Assembly: GCA_008369845.1 (NCBI GenBank)
Contig: MRSU01011293.1
Coordinates: 1-55,089, forward strand
Source of the DNA: Trichomonas gallinae
Lineage: Eukaryota
Reading direction: 5' to 3'
Length of the DNA: 55,089 nucleotides
The notes under the pieces are model-generated. The model saw nothing but the letters and a program-made list of their open reading frames with translations, ran no database searches and was not told where the DNA came from. The position numbers and the translations under genes were made by a program. Below are positions 45,600 through 55,089 of this stretch, one piece after another (position 1 is the first letter of the stretch; the number at the start of each line of letters is the position of its first letter).

Positions 45600-45741
45600 T
45601 TTTAAAATCCAGGGGCCGACAAAATTATAAAGGGGAAATTTTAATTTCCTTTATACCGATTAAAATATAACAATACTACTCAAGACATGCATGAAATCAT
45701 AAATAATTTATTCAAACAAATAAAAATTATACATCAAGCTG

Positions 45742-46797
45742 TTATTTCTTATAAACACTTGATGTTGGCATAAAACCTATATCGAAATCATCATCACTGT
45801 TATGGACATTTCCGTATGGATGCGGTTCTGATGGAGTTGGATCAGTATAAGCAGGTAAATCATCATTTTGGTTTTCATTTTGGCTTTCTGTAGCTGGTTC
45901 AATGCTGACTTGAGAGAGTAAAGTAGTTATGGGTGTTACAATGAAATTCTGAAGACTTTCAATAGTATTCTTTGTTTGATTGATAACATTTTGATCGGAG
46001 AATCCTTTTTCAAGAATGTGATCAGATCTTTTACCATTATGAACGATTTGATCAGAGCTTTCATGCAATTTTCGATATTTCTTCTCAAGTTCGAATTGGC
46101 CCATATTATGAGCGTTATTCGCTTCCAATCCGATATCATCGAGTTTCTTTTGCGCCTGACAAATTGATTTCTTCAACATTAAGAAAGTATCGATAAGATT
46201 TGGTGGTGGAGGCTGAATAATGTCGCTATGAAAGAGGAATCCACCTTGTGGAAGTCTTACCGCAAAATTATTCTTCTCAAATGCCTGCGTAAGCAAAGGA
46301 ATCGATGTAACATTGAATTTTTGAATCAATTCCTCATCACAGACAACTAAATCGTAAGAGCATCTGGTAAGCTTTAGATAAATCTCCCTAATGTTCTTAG
46401 ATATTTGGTCAAAATTCTGAATAAAACAGTAATCAATATTCTCATAGTCTGTAGTGTCTTCGCATCTAAAGGCCGAAACAATACTGGTAATCAGTGACCT
46501 TTTTAGGGCAATTGACGAAGTTTTCTTGATTATTTTCGATTTAAGAAGTTTCTTCAGAGAAGAAGCAAGAGGTGGATATATGTCATTCCACATGAGGCTT
46601 TCCTCAAGTTTTTTCGCCTCAAATGATACAACATTATACTTTTTGCTCCAATTAATCAAAAATTTCGTCCAGAACTCAATTTGCATGTCGTAATACTTGG
46701 GATTGCATGCCCTATCAGGTATCTGTCGATACATGCTAGGATACTGCTCGAGTTGAAGACTCTCGATTAATAATTCTTTAGCTTTGACATACTGCAT
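45742..46797 (-). CDS. CHMP7/Chm7-like ESCRT protein (winged-helix N-terminus, shortened Snf7-like C-terminus)
   Basis: SMYRQIPDRACNPKYYDMQIEFWTKFL resembles the CHMP7 N-terminal motif; helical C-half and acidic tail. Confidence 0.6.
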   Translation of the reverse strand: MQYVKAKELLIESLQLEQYPSMYRQIPDRACNPKYYDMQIEFWTKFLINWSKKYNVVSFEAKKLEESLMWNDIYPPLASSLKKLLKSKIIKKTSSIALKRSLITSIVSAFRCEDTTDYENIDYCFIQNFDQISKNIREIYLKLTRCSYDLVVCDEELIQKFNVTSIPLLTQAFEKNNFAVRLPQGGFLFHSDIIQPPPPNLIDTFLMLKKSICQAQKKLDDIGLEANNAHNMGQFELEKKYRKLHESSDQIVHNGKRSDHILEKGFSDQNVINQTKNTIESLQNFIVTPITTLLSQVSIEPATESQNENQNDDLPAYTDPTPSEPHPYGNVHNSDDDFDIGFMPTSSVYKK

Positions 46798-47427
46798 TTT
46801 GTCACTTTTGGAAAGATTTTCGAGTCACTTCACTTCATCGAAAAGTGAAGTTTGCGACTTATTTTGGACCTTATCAATCATACCATTTTATTACACAACT
46901 AGAAACACATTCGAATCAAATACATTTGCATTCATTGAAGCTAATTTACATTTTCGAATAAACATGAGACATTTTCTGACTTTTATTATGACATTTGTCA
47001 TTTTACAATGTCAAAAATATCAATTCTTTATTGCAGACTATAATACCTTTGCACTCCGCAAAAATTTCAAAGCAAGATTTATAATTTAGGATATAGCGTG
47101 AGGTCATCTGGTTGCAGAGAAATTGTTTTTCGAATTAATATTGAATTCTATGTTTTCGAGTTTTGAAATGGTTTGATTTATTCGAATAATATATTTATGC
47201 CAGCATAAACAAAATGATAATGTATATTGTCAACTAATTTAAGTTTCAATATTCGAATATTCAATATTTTATGTAAAAATCAAGATTTGTCGTATATTTC
47301 AGTTGCAAAACTACTTAACATGAATATATAACACGGTGTGAATGGATAATTTTCGTTATTTCCGTCGTGAAAATAGAAAATAATAATTTTGACAATCACT
47401 TTTATTGTCACTTTTCTTCCTTTATAT

Positions 47428-47925
47428 ATGAAAAGATTAACAGTTGAAACGATCATGAAAGCGCCTGCTTTCCGAAATACTCTCAAAGAGAGAGAATTGG
47501 ACCTCCGCGGTCTTAAAATTCCCAGAATTGAGAATCTCGGCTGCACACAAGACCAATTTGATATTATTGATCTTTCAAACAATCAAATAGAAATTATAGA
47601 AGACATGCCAGCATTGAAGAGACTTACAGCATTGCTCATAAACAACAATCTTGTCAAAAAAGTTGCAGATAATTTCCCTGAAACTTGCCCAAATATTAAA
47701 ACAGTTATGCTGACAAACAACAATATTCGTACTTTCAAGGATATTGCTCCACTCGTTGAATGCAAAGATATTGAATATATGAGCTTACTTGCAAATCCAA
47801 TAGTTAACATTATAAACTATCGCTTGATTGCAATTAAGCTCTTTAAGAAATTGAAATATTTAGATTTCCAAAAAGTTTCAAATTCTGAAAGAGAACAGGC
47901 CAAGACCCTTTCACTTGATGAATGA
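47428..47925 (+). CDS. SNRPA1: U2 snRNP protein A' (Lea1)
   Basis: RLTVE.I..AP...N.LKERELDLRGLKIPRIENLG.T.DQFD.IDLSNN, NPIV...NYRL, YLDFQKV...EREQA. Confidence 0.95.
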   Translation: MKRLTVETIMKAPAFRNTLKERELDLRGLKIPRIENLGCTQDQFDIIDLSNNQIEIIEDMPALKRLTALLINNNLVKKVADNFPETCPNIKTVMLTNNNIRTFKDIAPLVECKDIEYMSLLANPIVNIINYRLIAIKLFKKLKYLDFQKVSNSEREQAKTLSLDE

Positions 47926-48237
47926 AACAGAAAGATTCTATATAAATTGTTAGTAATATTGCTTTAATAGAAAAAACGTTTTTAATAAGCAAAATTCCAT
48001 TATAGAATATATATAAAACAACCTCTTAAATAAGCATAACTAGGCTGCAATGATATTATTTACTAAGTTTTGAGGATCATTTAGTATATTTTTAAGTTTC
48101 AATTGAAATTACATTTATTCTATCTCAATATATTGACTATAATTATAAAAAATTCTATATTTTTTATTAATGAGTTGAACTTCGTTAAAAACAAAGTTTG
48201 ACAATTTCAAAAAACTATATATATTTACATACAGGTT

Positions 48238-49125
48238 CTAAACAGTAGTTTGGTAGAGTCCATCAACTGTTGGAGAGAAACAACAACAAGGAATAGGCCA
48301 CAAACAACAACAATATTTTGGACCACAAATTTCCGAAAAGTTGTTAAAACAGCCGCGGTTATAATCATCAGTATTCCTTTTATTATGCTTTTCAACAATC
48401 GTTCTGTTCTTCATTGCATTATAAAAAGAATGTCTGAAATGATGGAATGAAAATCCAAGAATATAGAAGCAAAATGGAGCTAATACAAGGGCAAAAACCT
48501 GATGCCACTTGAAAGGTCTAAAAATTGATAAATACCAATCAAACCTTAACAAAAACCAGCATAGTCCGTAAACAACCAACCAAAAGGTCATAAGTATGAA
48601 GTATCGTTGATTATTAAGGCCAATCCATGAATTTGTCCAATAGCAAATATGATCTGCTCTGAGAACAAAACGTCTCGCTGATCTGGAAAATGCTGCCCTA
48701 GATGGCCTCAAACTGTCTCTCGCGAATTGTTCTTGTTCAGCGTAAATTGCAATTGAGTTCATCATATTTTTCCATGGATATTCCTTTAATCTTCTAACGC
48801 TCCAATTGTATGGCAGATATCCTGGTCCACGCACGATAAGAATCCAGTATGACATGAAAAAGCAAAGAAATACGAAAAGCGCAACTGCTTCTAAGATAAT
48901 AAAACGCTGAAGACTATTTGTAGAGAAATATATATCGAATGTTAAGTTCACAAATGTTGCCAAAGCGAATAAAGAAATCACAATCGGCTTGACAAAATTT
49001 CCTATGAAATGTTGCACGATTGTAATTTTTGGATCGGGAAAATATGCGATGTTGCAACAGCAGTTCGACTTGTCTTCCCACCTCGCTTCAAATGCACACC
49101 AAGTTTGATATGTTTCTTCATCCAT
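48238..49125 (-). CDS. DHHC-family palmitoyltransferase homolog with DHIC motif and no Zn-finger cysteines
   Basis: Four TMs, GPGYLP, RPSRA...FVLRADHICYWTNSWIGLNNQRYF, NRTIVE, YNRGCFNNFSEICG..WPIP. Confidence 0.88.
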   Translation of the reverse strand: MDEETYQTWCAFEARWEDKSNCCCNIAYFPDPKITIVQHFIGNFVKPIVISLFALATFVNLTFDIYFSTNSLQRFIILEAVALFVFLCFFMSYWILIVRGPGYLPYNWSVRRLKEYPWKNMMNSIAIYAEQEQFARDSLRPSRAAFSRSARRFVLRADHICYWTNSWIGLNNQRYFILMTFWLVVYGLCWFLLRFDWYLSIFRPFKWHQVFALVLAPFCFYILGFSFHHFRHSFYNAMKNRTIVEKHNKRNTDDYNRGCFNNFSEICGPKYCCCLWPIPCCCFSPTVDGLYQTTV

Positions 49126-49130
49126 TTTTT

Positions 49131-49495
49131 TGTGAAATTATTTAAAAGGGGTTAACAAAAATAAAATGGGGAAATTTTATTTTTTAATCTAGGGTCTGAC
49201 CCCAAAATAAAAATGTTTTAGCAAAAATGATTTCAATTCAGAGAAACTTCGAGTGTATTTAGATTCTTCAAGTGCAAGAAAGGAATATAATATACTATCA
49301 TGCTTACCTACTAGATTAACTATGTTCTCATCACCTAAGCTTCTAGAAAACGAACATTGCCTTGGTAAATTATATCCATTGATTCGTGAAATAATTTTTG
49401 AGGGGCTAACAAAAATAAAAAGGGGATTTCAATATAGGGTCTGACCCTTCAATAAAGATGTTTAAGCGAATGCGATTTCGATCTATGGAAGCTCC
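49131..49495. repeat. Direct duplication (~254 bp apart) of the promoter and first codons of the GT61 gene
   Basis: GTGAAAT..AGGGGyTAACAAAAATAAAA.GGGGA...TAGGGTCTGACCC..AATAAA.ATGTTT at 49131-49250 and 49385-49495. Confidence 0.8.
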
Positions 49496-50720
49496 ATTTT
49501 ATGGTGCTTTATTCATTGCATTATATGCTTCTCTATCCAAATATGTATACAGTCAAGAATTTGTTGGAGAACATCAAACATTAGCGATAAATTCATATTT
49601 TAAAAATCCAGTAGGCAGCAATATAGTGCAAATAAACAGAACAAATGCATCATTCATCGAAAATAAAATGCCCAGCGTTGTATTTAGATCTCTTGTCACT
49701 AAACCTTTTACACTAAATATTGTTCAACCATTTCAAGTGGTAGGAGAGCTTGGAAATGATGCAGTAATCCCTACAGAAACAGAAATCAAGCAGTTTGCTC
49801 TTAGTGCTAAAGCATTTTTAACACATATGAGAAATGTTTTTGCAACAAACGAAGGTATTGTTATTTCTGACAATAATTTCTATCCTGATCAATGTGATTG
49901 CCATTGGAGAGTGTGTAATGACTTCAGGACTAAGAATTTCCCTCAATCGTTTAGTTACACAGTTGTTGAGTCTGCTGTAGCTGTTATGCATGAGTATGGA
50001 TGGTTCTTTGCTCATTGGATGTGTGATTTTCTTCCAAGACTTCTTGTAATTCCAGATTCAATTCTTCAAAAATCAAAAATCATTGTAACAAATGGAGCAG
50101 CTTTTGCATATAAGGCCTTATCATTTGTGAATTTGACATCTGATCATCTCCTGGCTCCATCTCCAGGATCTGCCGTATTTTGCCAAAATTTATACACTGT
50201 TGATCCATTATACTGTACGCACTTTGTAGGTTATTTACTCATCAATATGAGGAACAAGTTTAAGCAAAAGGCTTATCTTGATTCTAATCAACCAACAGAA
50301 TACATTTTCTATAATCGTGAAAATGCAGAATTTAGAAATATTGGAAATTACGATGAGATTCTAAAATCCATTAAAGCTAATATGCCAGAGTGTAACTGGA
50401 AAAATGTTAATATTCCATCAGGTTTAATTGAACAAGCCAGACTTTTTAACTCTTTTAAGGTTTTCTTTGCTATGCATGGTGCTGCACTTAGTAATACATT
50501 GTTCATGCAGCCAAATACATGTGTTGTCGAAATCCAAGTCGATAGATGGGTAGATAACTATCTATGGATCACCGCTTACGCACAAGTTCACCATATATTG
50601 ACACGTGATAAATCAATTCAATGGAGATCTGGAGGTGGTGTAAATAATCTCACCATTCCTCTCATAACAAAACTTGCAAGACAAGCTCACGAAACTGTAT
50701 TGAAATCATTCCCTAAATAG
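49458..50720 (+). CDS. Glycosyltransferase family 61 (DUF563), type II membrane protein
   Basis: N-terminal TM; FAHWMCDFLPRL, R...RNIGN, EQARLF, AMHGAALSNTLFMQPNTCVVEI. Confidence 0.85.
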   Translation: MFKRMRFRSMEAPFYGALFIALYASLSKYVYSQEFVGEHQTLAINSYFKNPVGSNIVQINRTNASFIENKMPSVVFRSLVTKPFTLNIVQPFQVVGELGNDAVIPTETEIKQFALSAKAFLTHMRNVFATNEGIVISDNNFYPDQCDCHWRVCNDFRTKNFPQSFSYTVVESAVAVMHEYGWFFAHWMCDFLPRLLVIPDSILQKSKIIVTNGAAFAYKALSFVNLTSDHLLAPSPGSAVFCQNLYTVDPLYCTHFVGYLLINMRNKFKQKAYLDSNQPTEYIFYNRENAEFRNIGNYDEILKSIKANMPECNWKNVNIPSGLIEQARLFNSFKVFFAMHGAALSNTLFMQPNTCVVEIQVDRWVDNYLWITAYAQVHHILTRDKSIQWRSGGGVNNLTIPLITKLARQAHETVLKSFPK

Positions 50721-51248
50721 CATTAACTTCTTTGTTTGTAATATATTAAATAGATATGTTCTTCATTTTCCAATTTTTTAATAAAAGCAATGCTAAGTAA
50801 TATAGGAAATCGCTTATAAAACTATTTACAGATCTCTTCATAAGCCAAACACATGATTTCAATTGCATAATTCAAAATCATTTGTATTTTCATTGATACT
50901 TTATAAATTTGTATCAAATACTTTTAGAAAATGTGAATCTCAATGCGATACTCAGCTATTATAAGTTATTTTGTTGTTTACATGACAAATTGTCATAATT
51001 CATAGAATTTTGTATATTTTACATGTCGGATTAAATCATTTTTTGACAATTTTTTACAAACTCGATTTTTTTTTTTTTTTTACAAAAATCGCTTTTTCTT
51101 GATGTTTTTGACCCCAAATATATTAGTGAAAAGTGAAATTATTATAGTGTCAATTAATCTCCTGCAAAGTGCATAGATATTTTTCAACAAATAATACTTT
51201 ATAAAAACAACAACAAAATAATACAAAAACAAAACATAACAACAAATA

Positions 51249-52955
51249 TTATAAATCATTATCAGAATGATCATTATCAGAATCAACTGCATCAATTGGT
51301 TCTGACACAGGACCTGTAGCGTAATCTACATCAGAGCCATTCATCTTCTTAAACTCATCGTGAGGGTCTGGCTGATTATGAATATAATTATAATATTTCC
51401 AAATTGCACCGGCTGCCCCAACAAGCGCCAAAAATGCAATAAAACCGATGATAAGGAACCAGACAGTCAACGAGTGCCCTTTCTTTTCTGCTGGTAGCGC
51501 CAGATGAGAATATTCTGATCCTTTCGAATTTTCGCATGCGAGAACTTTATTTATTAACTCCAATGGTGGACACGTCACGTTTCCACCATTATAAACCGTC
51601 CCTGTTTCGCAGCTGATATTTGACTCTATAAATATATTAACATGAGTCTCATTGTAAACAAGCGGCGCACAAAACGAAGTCTGTGTTTGATTGGGGTATG
51701 TGAGTTGAATGGCCCAATCCGGTGTGCAATCTACTTCGGAAATTAGAAATGGGGCAAAATCATAAAAATCGTATTTTCCGTATATTGACATATTCATTTG
51801 ATAGTACTTATCGAGGTGTGTCATATTTATATGACTTATCCCTGCATTGCTCGTATTTAAATAACCTCGATAATCGTATGATGGATATTCTACATCCAAT
51901 GCATCAAAAAACAGCTCCTTTGGGAATTCTTTGGGTGGACTCAATGATAGATTGTCAATCCAAGAGTAATTATCAAAAACGAGATTTGACCATGTTGAAC
52001 ACTCTGAATAAGAAAAATCGACCGTGTACCAGCCCATATCTTCTATAACTGCTAAGCTGGCGTCTGTTATAAAGCTTTTCGGCGAGTTTGGATTTGCCAT
52101 CACATCTAAAGCATAAACATTGCCTTTAATATGTATATCATTATCATCGAGTTGTAGGCACAGTTCTTTATCGTACCATTGTTTTAGCTGAGTTCGATTT
52201 TGCGCAACTTGTTTTGCAAGATGTGTACATAGAAATATAAAATTTTTGGTTGAATTCGGTATAGTATAGTTATATATTGGCACGGGGTTGTATCTTTTAC
52301 CCGTTGATTTGTCAATCCAAAGATTAATTTCATTGGATCGGTAACCAAGACAGTGAATTATTTCATGAAACAGTAACAAAAAGGTCGACCTTTGATCCGT
52401 TTTGATGTCTTGGGGGAGAGTTGCTAAATATTTCGCTTTTATGTTAATAACAGATACAATCGGGCGTCCATATTTGTTATATAAGATATTAGCGCTTTGA
52501 ATCTTGTCAGGTGAGTCGAATGGTCGAGAGATAAGAACAATATAATTACTTGCAGTAAGGTTTCCGGTCGAAGGAAATAAATTATGATAAATGGATGAAT
52601 TTATTGTAGAAAATGGAATAGAATCTGATTTTTTGACTCGTACTAACTTCGAAAAGTAGTTTTTAAGGTTGATTACTGTTTCTTGAAGCGCATCCATTTT
52701 TTCATTTGTTATAATATCTTCTTCTTTACATCGATATTTATATCCATTCCAGGTTATATTCTGGTCTACTTCTGAGCACTGGTAGTTATCAGCGCCAGTA
52801 CGTAGATTTTCGACATTTATTTCCAATTCGAGTGGGGTTCGCTGATAATCTTTTTCATCCAGGGGCGTATATGGAATACTGGTTTGAGTAATCCATGAGA
52901 CAGGATTGGAAATGAAATCTGTCGAAAAGCGAAAGAAAAAAAGTAGATTAATCAT
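51249..52955 (-). CDS. GP63/leishmanolysin-like (M8) surface metalloprotease
   Basis: YRCKEEDII, GRPIVSVIN, HEIIHCLG, third-ligand His (DIHIK), Met-turn DVMA, SLAVIEDMGWYTVDFS, C-terminal TM. Likely start MINLLFFF. Confidence 0.88.
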   Translation of the reverse strand: MINLLFFFRFSTDFISNPVSWITQTSIPYTPLDEKDYQRTPLELEINVENLRTGADNYQCSEVDQNITWNGYKYRCKEEDIITNEKMDALQETVINLKNYFSKLVRVKKSDSIPFSTINSSIYHNLFPSTGNLTASNYIVLISRPFDSPDKIQSANILYNKYGRPIVSVINIKAKYLATLPQDIKTDQRSTFLLLFHEIIHCLGYRSNEINLWIDKSTGKRYNPVPIYNYTIPNSTKNFIFLCTHLAKQVAQNRTQLKQWYDKELCLQLDDNDIHIKGNVYALDVMANPNSPKSFITDASLAVIEDMGWYTVDFSYSECSTWSNLVFDNYSWIDNLSLSPPKEFPKELFFDALDVEYPSYDYRGYLNTSNAGISHINMTHLDKYYQMNMSIYGKYDFYDFAPFLISEVDCTPDWAIQLTYPNQTQTSFCAPLVYNETHVNIFIESNISCETGTVYNGGNVTCPPLELINKVLACENSKGSEYSHLALPAEKKGHSLTVWFLIIGFIAFLALVGAAGAIWKYYNYIHNQPDPHDEFKKMNGSDVDYATGPVSEPIDAVDSDNDHSDNDL

Positions 52956-53039
52956 TAAAAATTTGAAAAATTTTATTTCTTTAGGTTCGATCCCAGATAT
53001 CCGCATTTTTTTCTTTTTAAAACGTGACAATTTTACATT

Positions 53040-53348
53040 ATGAGCAACGAAGGTTTTATCGCTGTAATTCCAGCAAAGAAATCAGAAGAAGAGCAGAAAC
53101 GCGCCTCATTGCTCGATAGAGGACTCGATGAGATAGCAGCAGATGCAAAGGAAGCAAGGCGCAAGGAAAGACAGCAGAAAAGAGAGGAAGAAAGACCAAG
53201 GCGCCGCGATGACTCTGGAAAACAAAAGATTTTACAATGCAGGTTATCACGTGCTGATCTTGAAAGAATTGCAAAAGATCAAAAAATCAATATCAACGGA
53301 TATAACGTTTATGTCGAAGCAATTTTGACCAAGAAGACTCGTCGTTAA
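53040..53348 (+). CDS. Small charged protein with a UAP56-binding-motif-like segment
   Basis: ATG start, TAAA stop, R/K/E-rich; LLDRGLDEIA resembles LDxSLDDII. Confidence 0.65.
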   Translation: MSNEGFIAVIPAKKSEEEQKRASLLDRGLDEIAADAKEARRKERQQKREEERPRRRDDSGKQKILQCRLSRADLERIAKDQKININGYNVYVEAILTKKTRR

Positions 53349-53974
53349 AATATGTTATTTGTCATAATCATACATCTATGGAATTTCTCAATATACTATT
53401 TTTTTACAAAAATAATAAAACAATTGGTCCTGTTTCATATATCAAGCATACATTGAAATATCTTCCTAATTGCACCCAAATTCTAGCAAAAATTTTAATC
53501 ATAATTTTATATTAACTTTATAGATGTAATCAAATAAGAACTTACGCATAAATTGGACATAGCATGCATTATATACCCACTTTTGGTCGCTTATATCATG
53601 ATAATATCATTTTTTCCAAACTTTAATTTCAGTTAATATATAGATGAGGATAAATCCAAAATTTTGAAATATATGGATTTAATTTTGAAATATACATATT
53701 TTTCATAGATATTTTTTTTTTAATAAGAATGATTATCTGATATAGCTAATATTATTTAGTTTTTTTGCATGTTATATATACAAACATGTGCTTTTTAATA
53801 TGATTAGTTCAAATATATATTTTTCATTTTGAAGTTTTATTAACAATTAGAAATCCCAAATTACTCAAATATCGTTCCTAAACTAATGTCAATAAAAGAC
53901 ACCAACAAATTAAAATTGAAATTTAGAAAGACATAGTATATTTTTAATAAACATATGATGAAATGGCTGTATTA

Positions 53975-54397
53975 TTATTTCTTTCTATCGAACTGCCTGA
54001 GAATTGCATCGAGATCTGATTGCAATTGCTGAGCATCTTTTAACCACTTTTCTTCTTTTGTTCTAGGTCTGTTATCAAATTTATTCCTAAACCAATCCGA
54101 GAGAATCTTCGTGGATATGTAAAATATTGATGTTTCTTTGAAATTCAAGAATGCGTATCTCCAAACTTCATTAACATCGTTTCCAAAGTCTTTCATTCTT
54201 TTATATTTATCGCGCAATAAATTTTCTTTTATCTTTTTAAGGGTTAATGTGCAGGATTCTTCAGATTTGAAATCAGCATTTGTAGGGCGCAGAATTGTAA
54301 GGCCCGATCCTAACGAATCATGGAATGGAAGTGAAAGTTTATTCGCAAGAAGCTCATTAAGAGTTTCAAGACACCAAGCTTTCTGAAATTCATTCAT
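53975..54397 (-). CDS. Atypical single-bromodomain protein
   Basis: WCLETLNELL...SLPF, LTLKKIKENLLRDKY...DFGNDVNEVW follow the bromodomain helix pattern; likely ATG 54397. Confidence 0.75.
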   Translation of the reverse strand: MNEFQKAWCLETLNELLANKLSLPFHDSLGSGLTILRPTNADFKSEESCTLTLKKIKENLLRDKYKRMKDFGNDVNEVWRYAFLNFKETSIFYISTKILSDWFRNKFDNRPRTKEEKWLKDAQQLQSDLDAILRQFDRKK

Positions 54398-54921
54398 TTT
54401 TTTGTTTTTGAAAATTAACCTTAATTTAGACAAAAAGTGACAAATCATCAAAAGAACCTTATTTTAGATATTGATTTCTAATCAAGTTATACCATTTTAA
54501 AGCATATATTCATGCATTCTATAGGCTTTTTAAAAATATTGATATTCAATTTTTCATCATAACACTATCTAATCAATTTTTATTTAATTTTCATTTAATT
54601 AAAACTTATAAATCATTAAATAAGTACTAAAATAACAATCACGATCAAGATTTGTATCTATTTCATATATGTATGATCTATAATCGATAAATATATTAAA
54701 AATTAAACAAATCATAAAATGCTGTTGTTTTCTATCATAATAAGCCACATTTTCCAGTTTTCAATATATTATAAATACTAGTTATAAAAAAATAAACACG
54801 ATATATTTTTCAGATCAATCTATTGGTAGTTTCAATCGGATTTTATGAATGATATTTAAAGATTGCGTATTTTTCGTGTTTGATTTTTGTATTTTTTCTG
54901 CAAAAAGTTGTTTATGCCAAT

Positions 54922-55089
54922 TTAATCTTTCTTGCGCTCGACACCAAGAGCACCACCCTTGCGGCCTGTAGACTTTGTGGACTGACCACGAACCTTAAGG
55001 CCAAGACCATGGCGGATACCACGTTTCATTCTCATCTTCTTCATACGCTCGATTTCAGAACGAAGGTTAGCACCAAGATCTGTAGCAAC
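54922..55089 (-). CDS. RPS18: 40S ribosomal protein S18 (uS13), 3' part (5' end outside window)
   Basis: Manual translation VATDLGANLRSEIERMKKMRMKRGIRHGLGLKVRGQSTKSTGRKGGALGVERKKD*; absent from the ORF track. Confidence 0.95.
   Translation of the reverse strand, partial: VATDLGANLRSEIERMKKMRMKRGIRHGLGLKVRGQSTKSTGRKGGALGVERKKD

Noticed and set aside
52956..53030. Track N-terminal extensions (also ADH 20805, TauE 27678, U2A' 47389, bromodomain 54451)
   Set aside because: Mostly start at TTG/GTG and run through promoter or Inr sequence; downstream ATGs fit homolog N-termini or signal peptides.
1..55089. Alternative genetic code or spliceosomal introns
   Set aside because: TAA, TAG and TGA all terminate conserved genes at expected positions; no ACTAACACACAG-type intron end seen and conserved ORFs are continuous.
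1..55089. Maverick, mariner or Mutator element
   Set aside because: No transposase, integrase or polymerase ORF and no long terminal inverted repeats seen.

Overview
AT-rich, intron-free eukaryotic genomic DNA with the hallmarks of a trichomonad (very likely Trichomonas vaginalis or a close relative). Those hallmarks are an initiator-binding-domain (IBD) protein, TCAYTTT initiators and AAAGTGAC motifs just upstream of ATGs, UAAA poly(A) signals overlapping TAA stops, a GP63-like protease and a bacterial-type NADP secondary alcohol dehydrogenase. The window holds about 26 apparently intact protein genes, including Dsc3-like, IBD, TBCD, Chl1/DDX11, ABCA half-transporter, PMT, ADH, M18-like, VPS9, TauE, TTLL, Furry-like, SCAMP, DUF4392, CHMP7-like, U2A', DHHC, GT61, GP63, a bromodomain-like protein and the 3' end of RPS18. 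It also holds a tRNA-Phe with a decayed tandem copy, two disrupted ankyrin genes and several promoter-proximal tandem repeats. I found no transposase, CRISPR array or clear multi-gene novel system. The best leads are an ankyrin gene whose frame is intact apart from two in-frame TGA codons, a MIR-less PMT with an altered catalytic motif, several apparent pseudo-enzymes, a shared GC-rich promoter element, and ~122-bp repeats with constant-length variable segments. All family calls are by eye from remembered motifs, not database searches.
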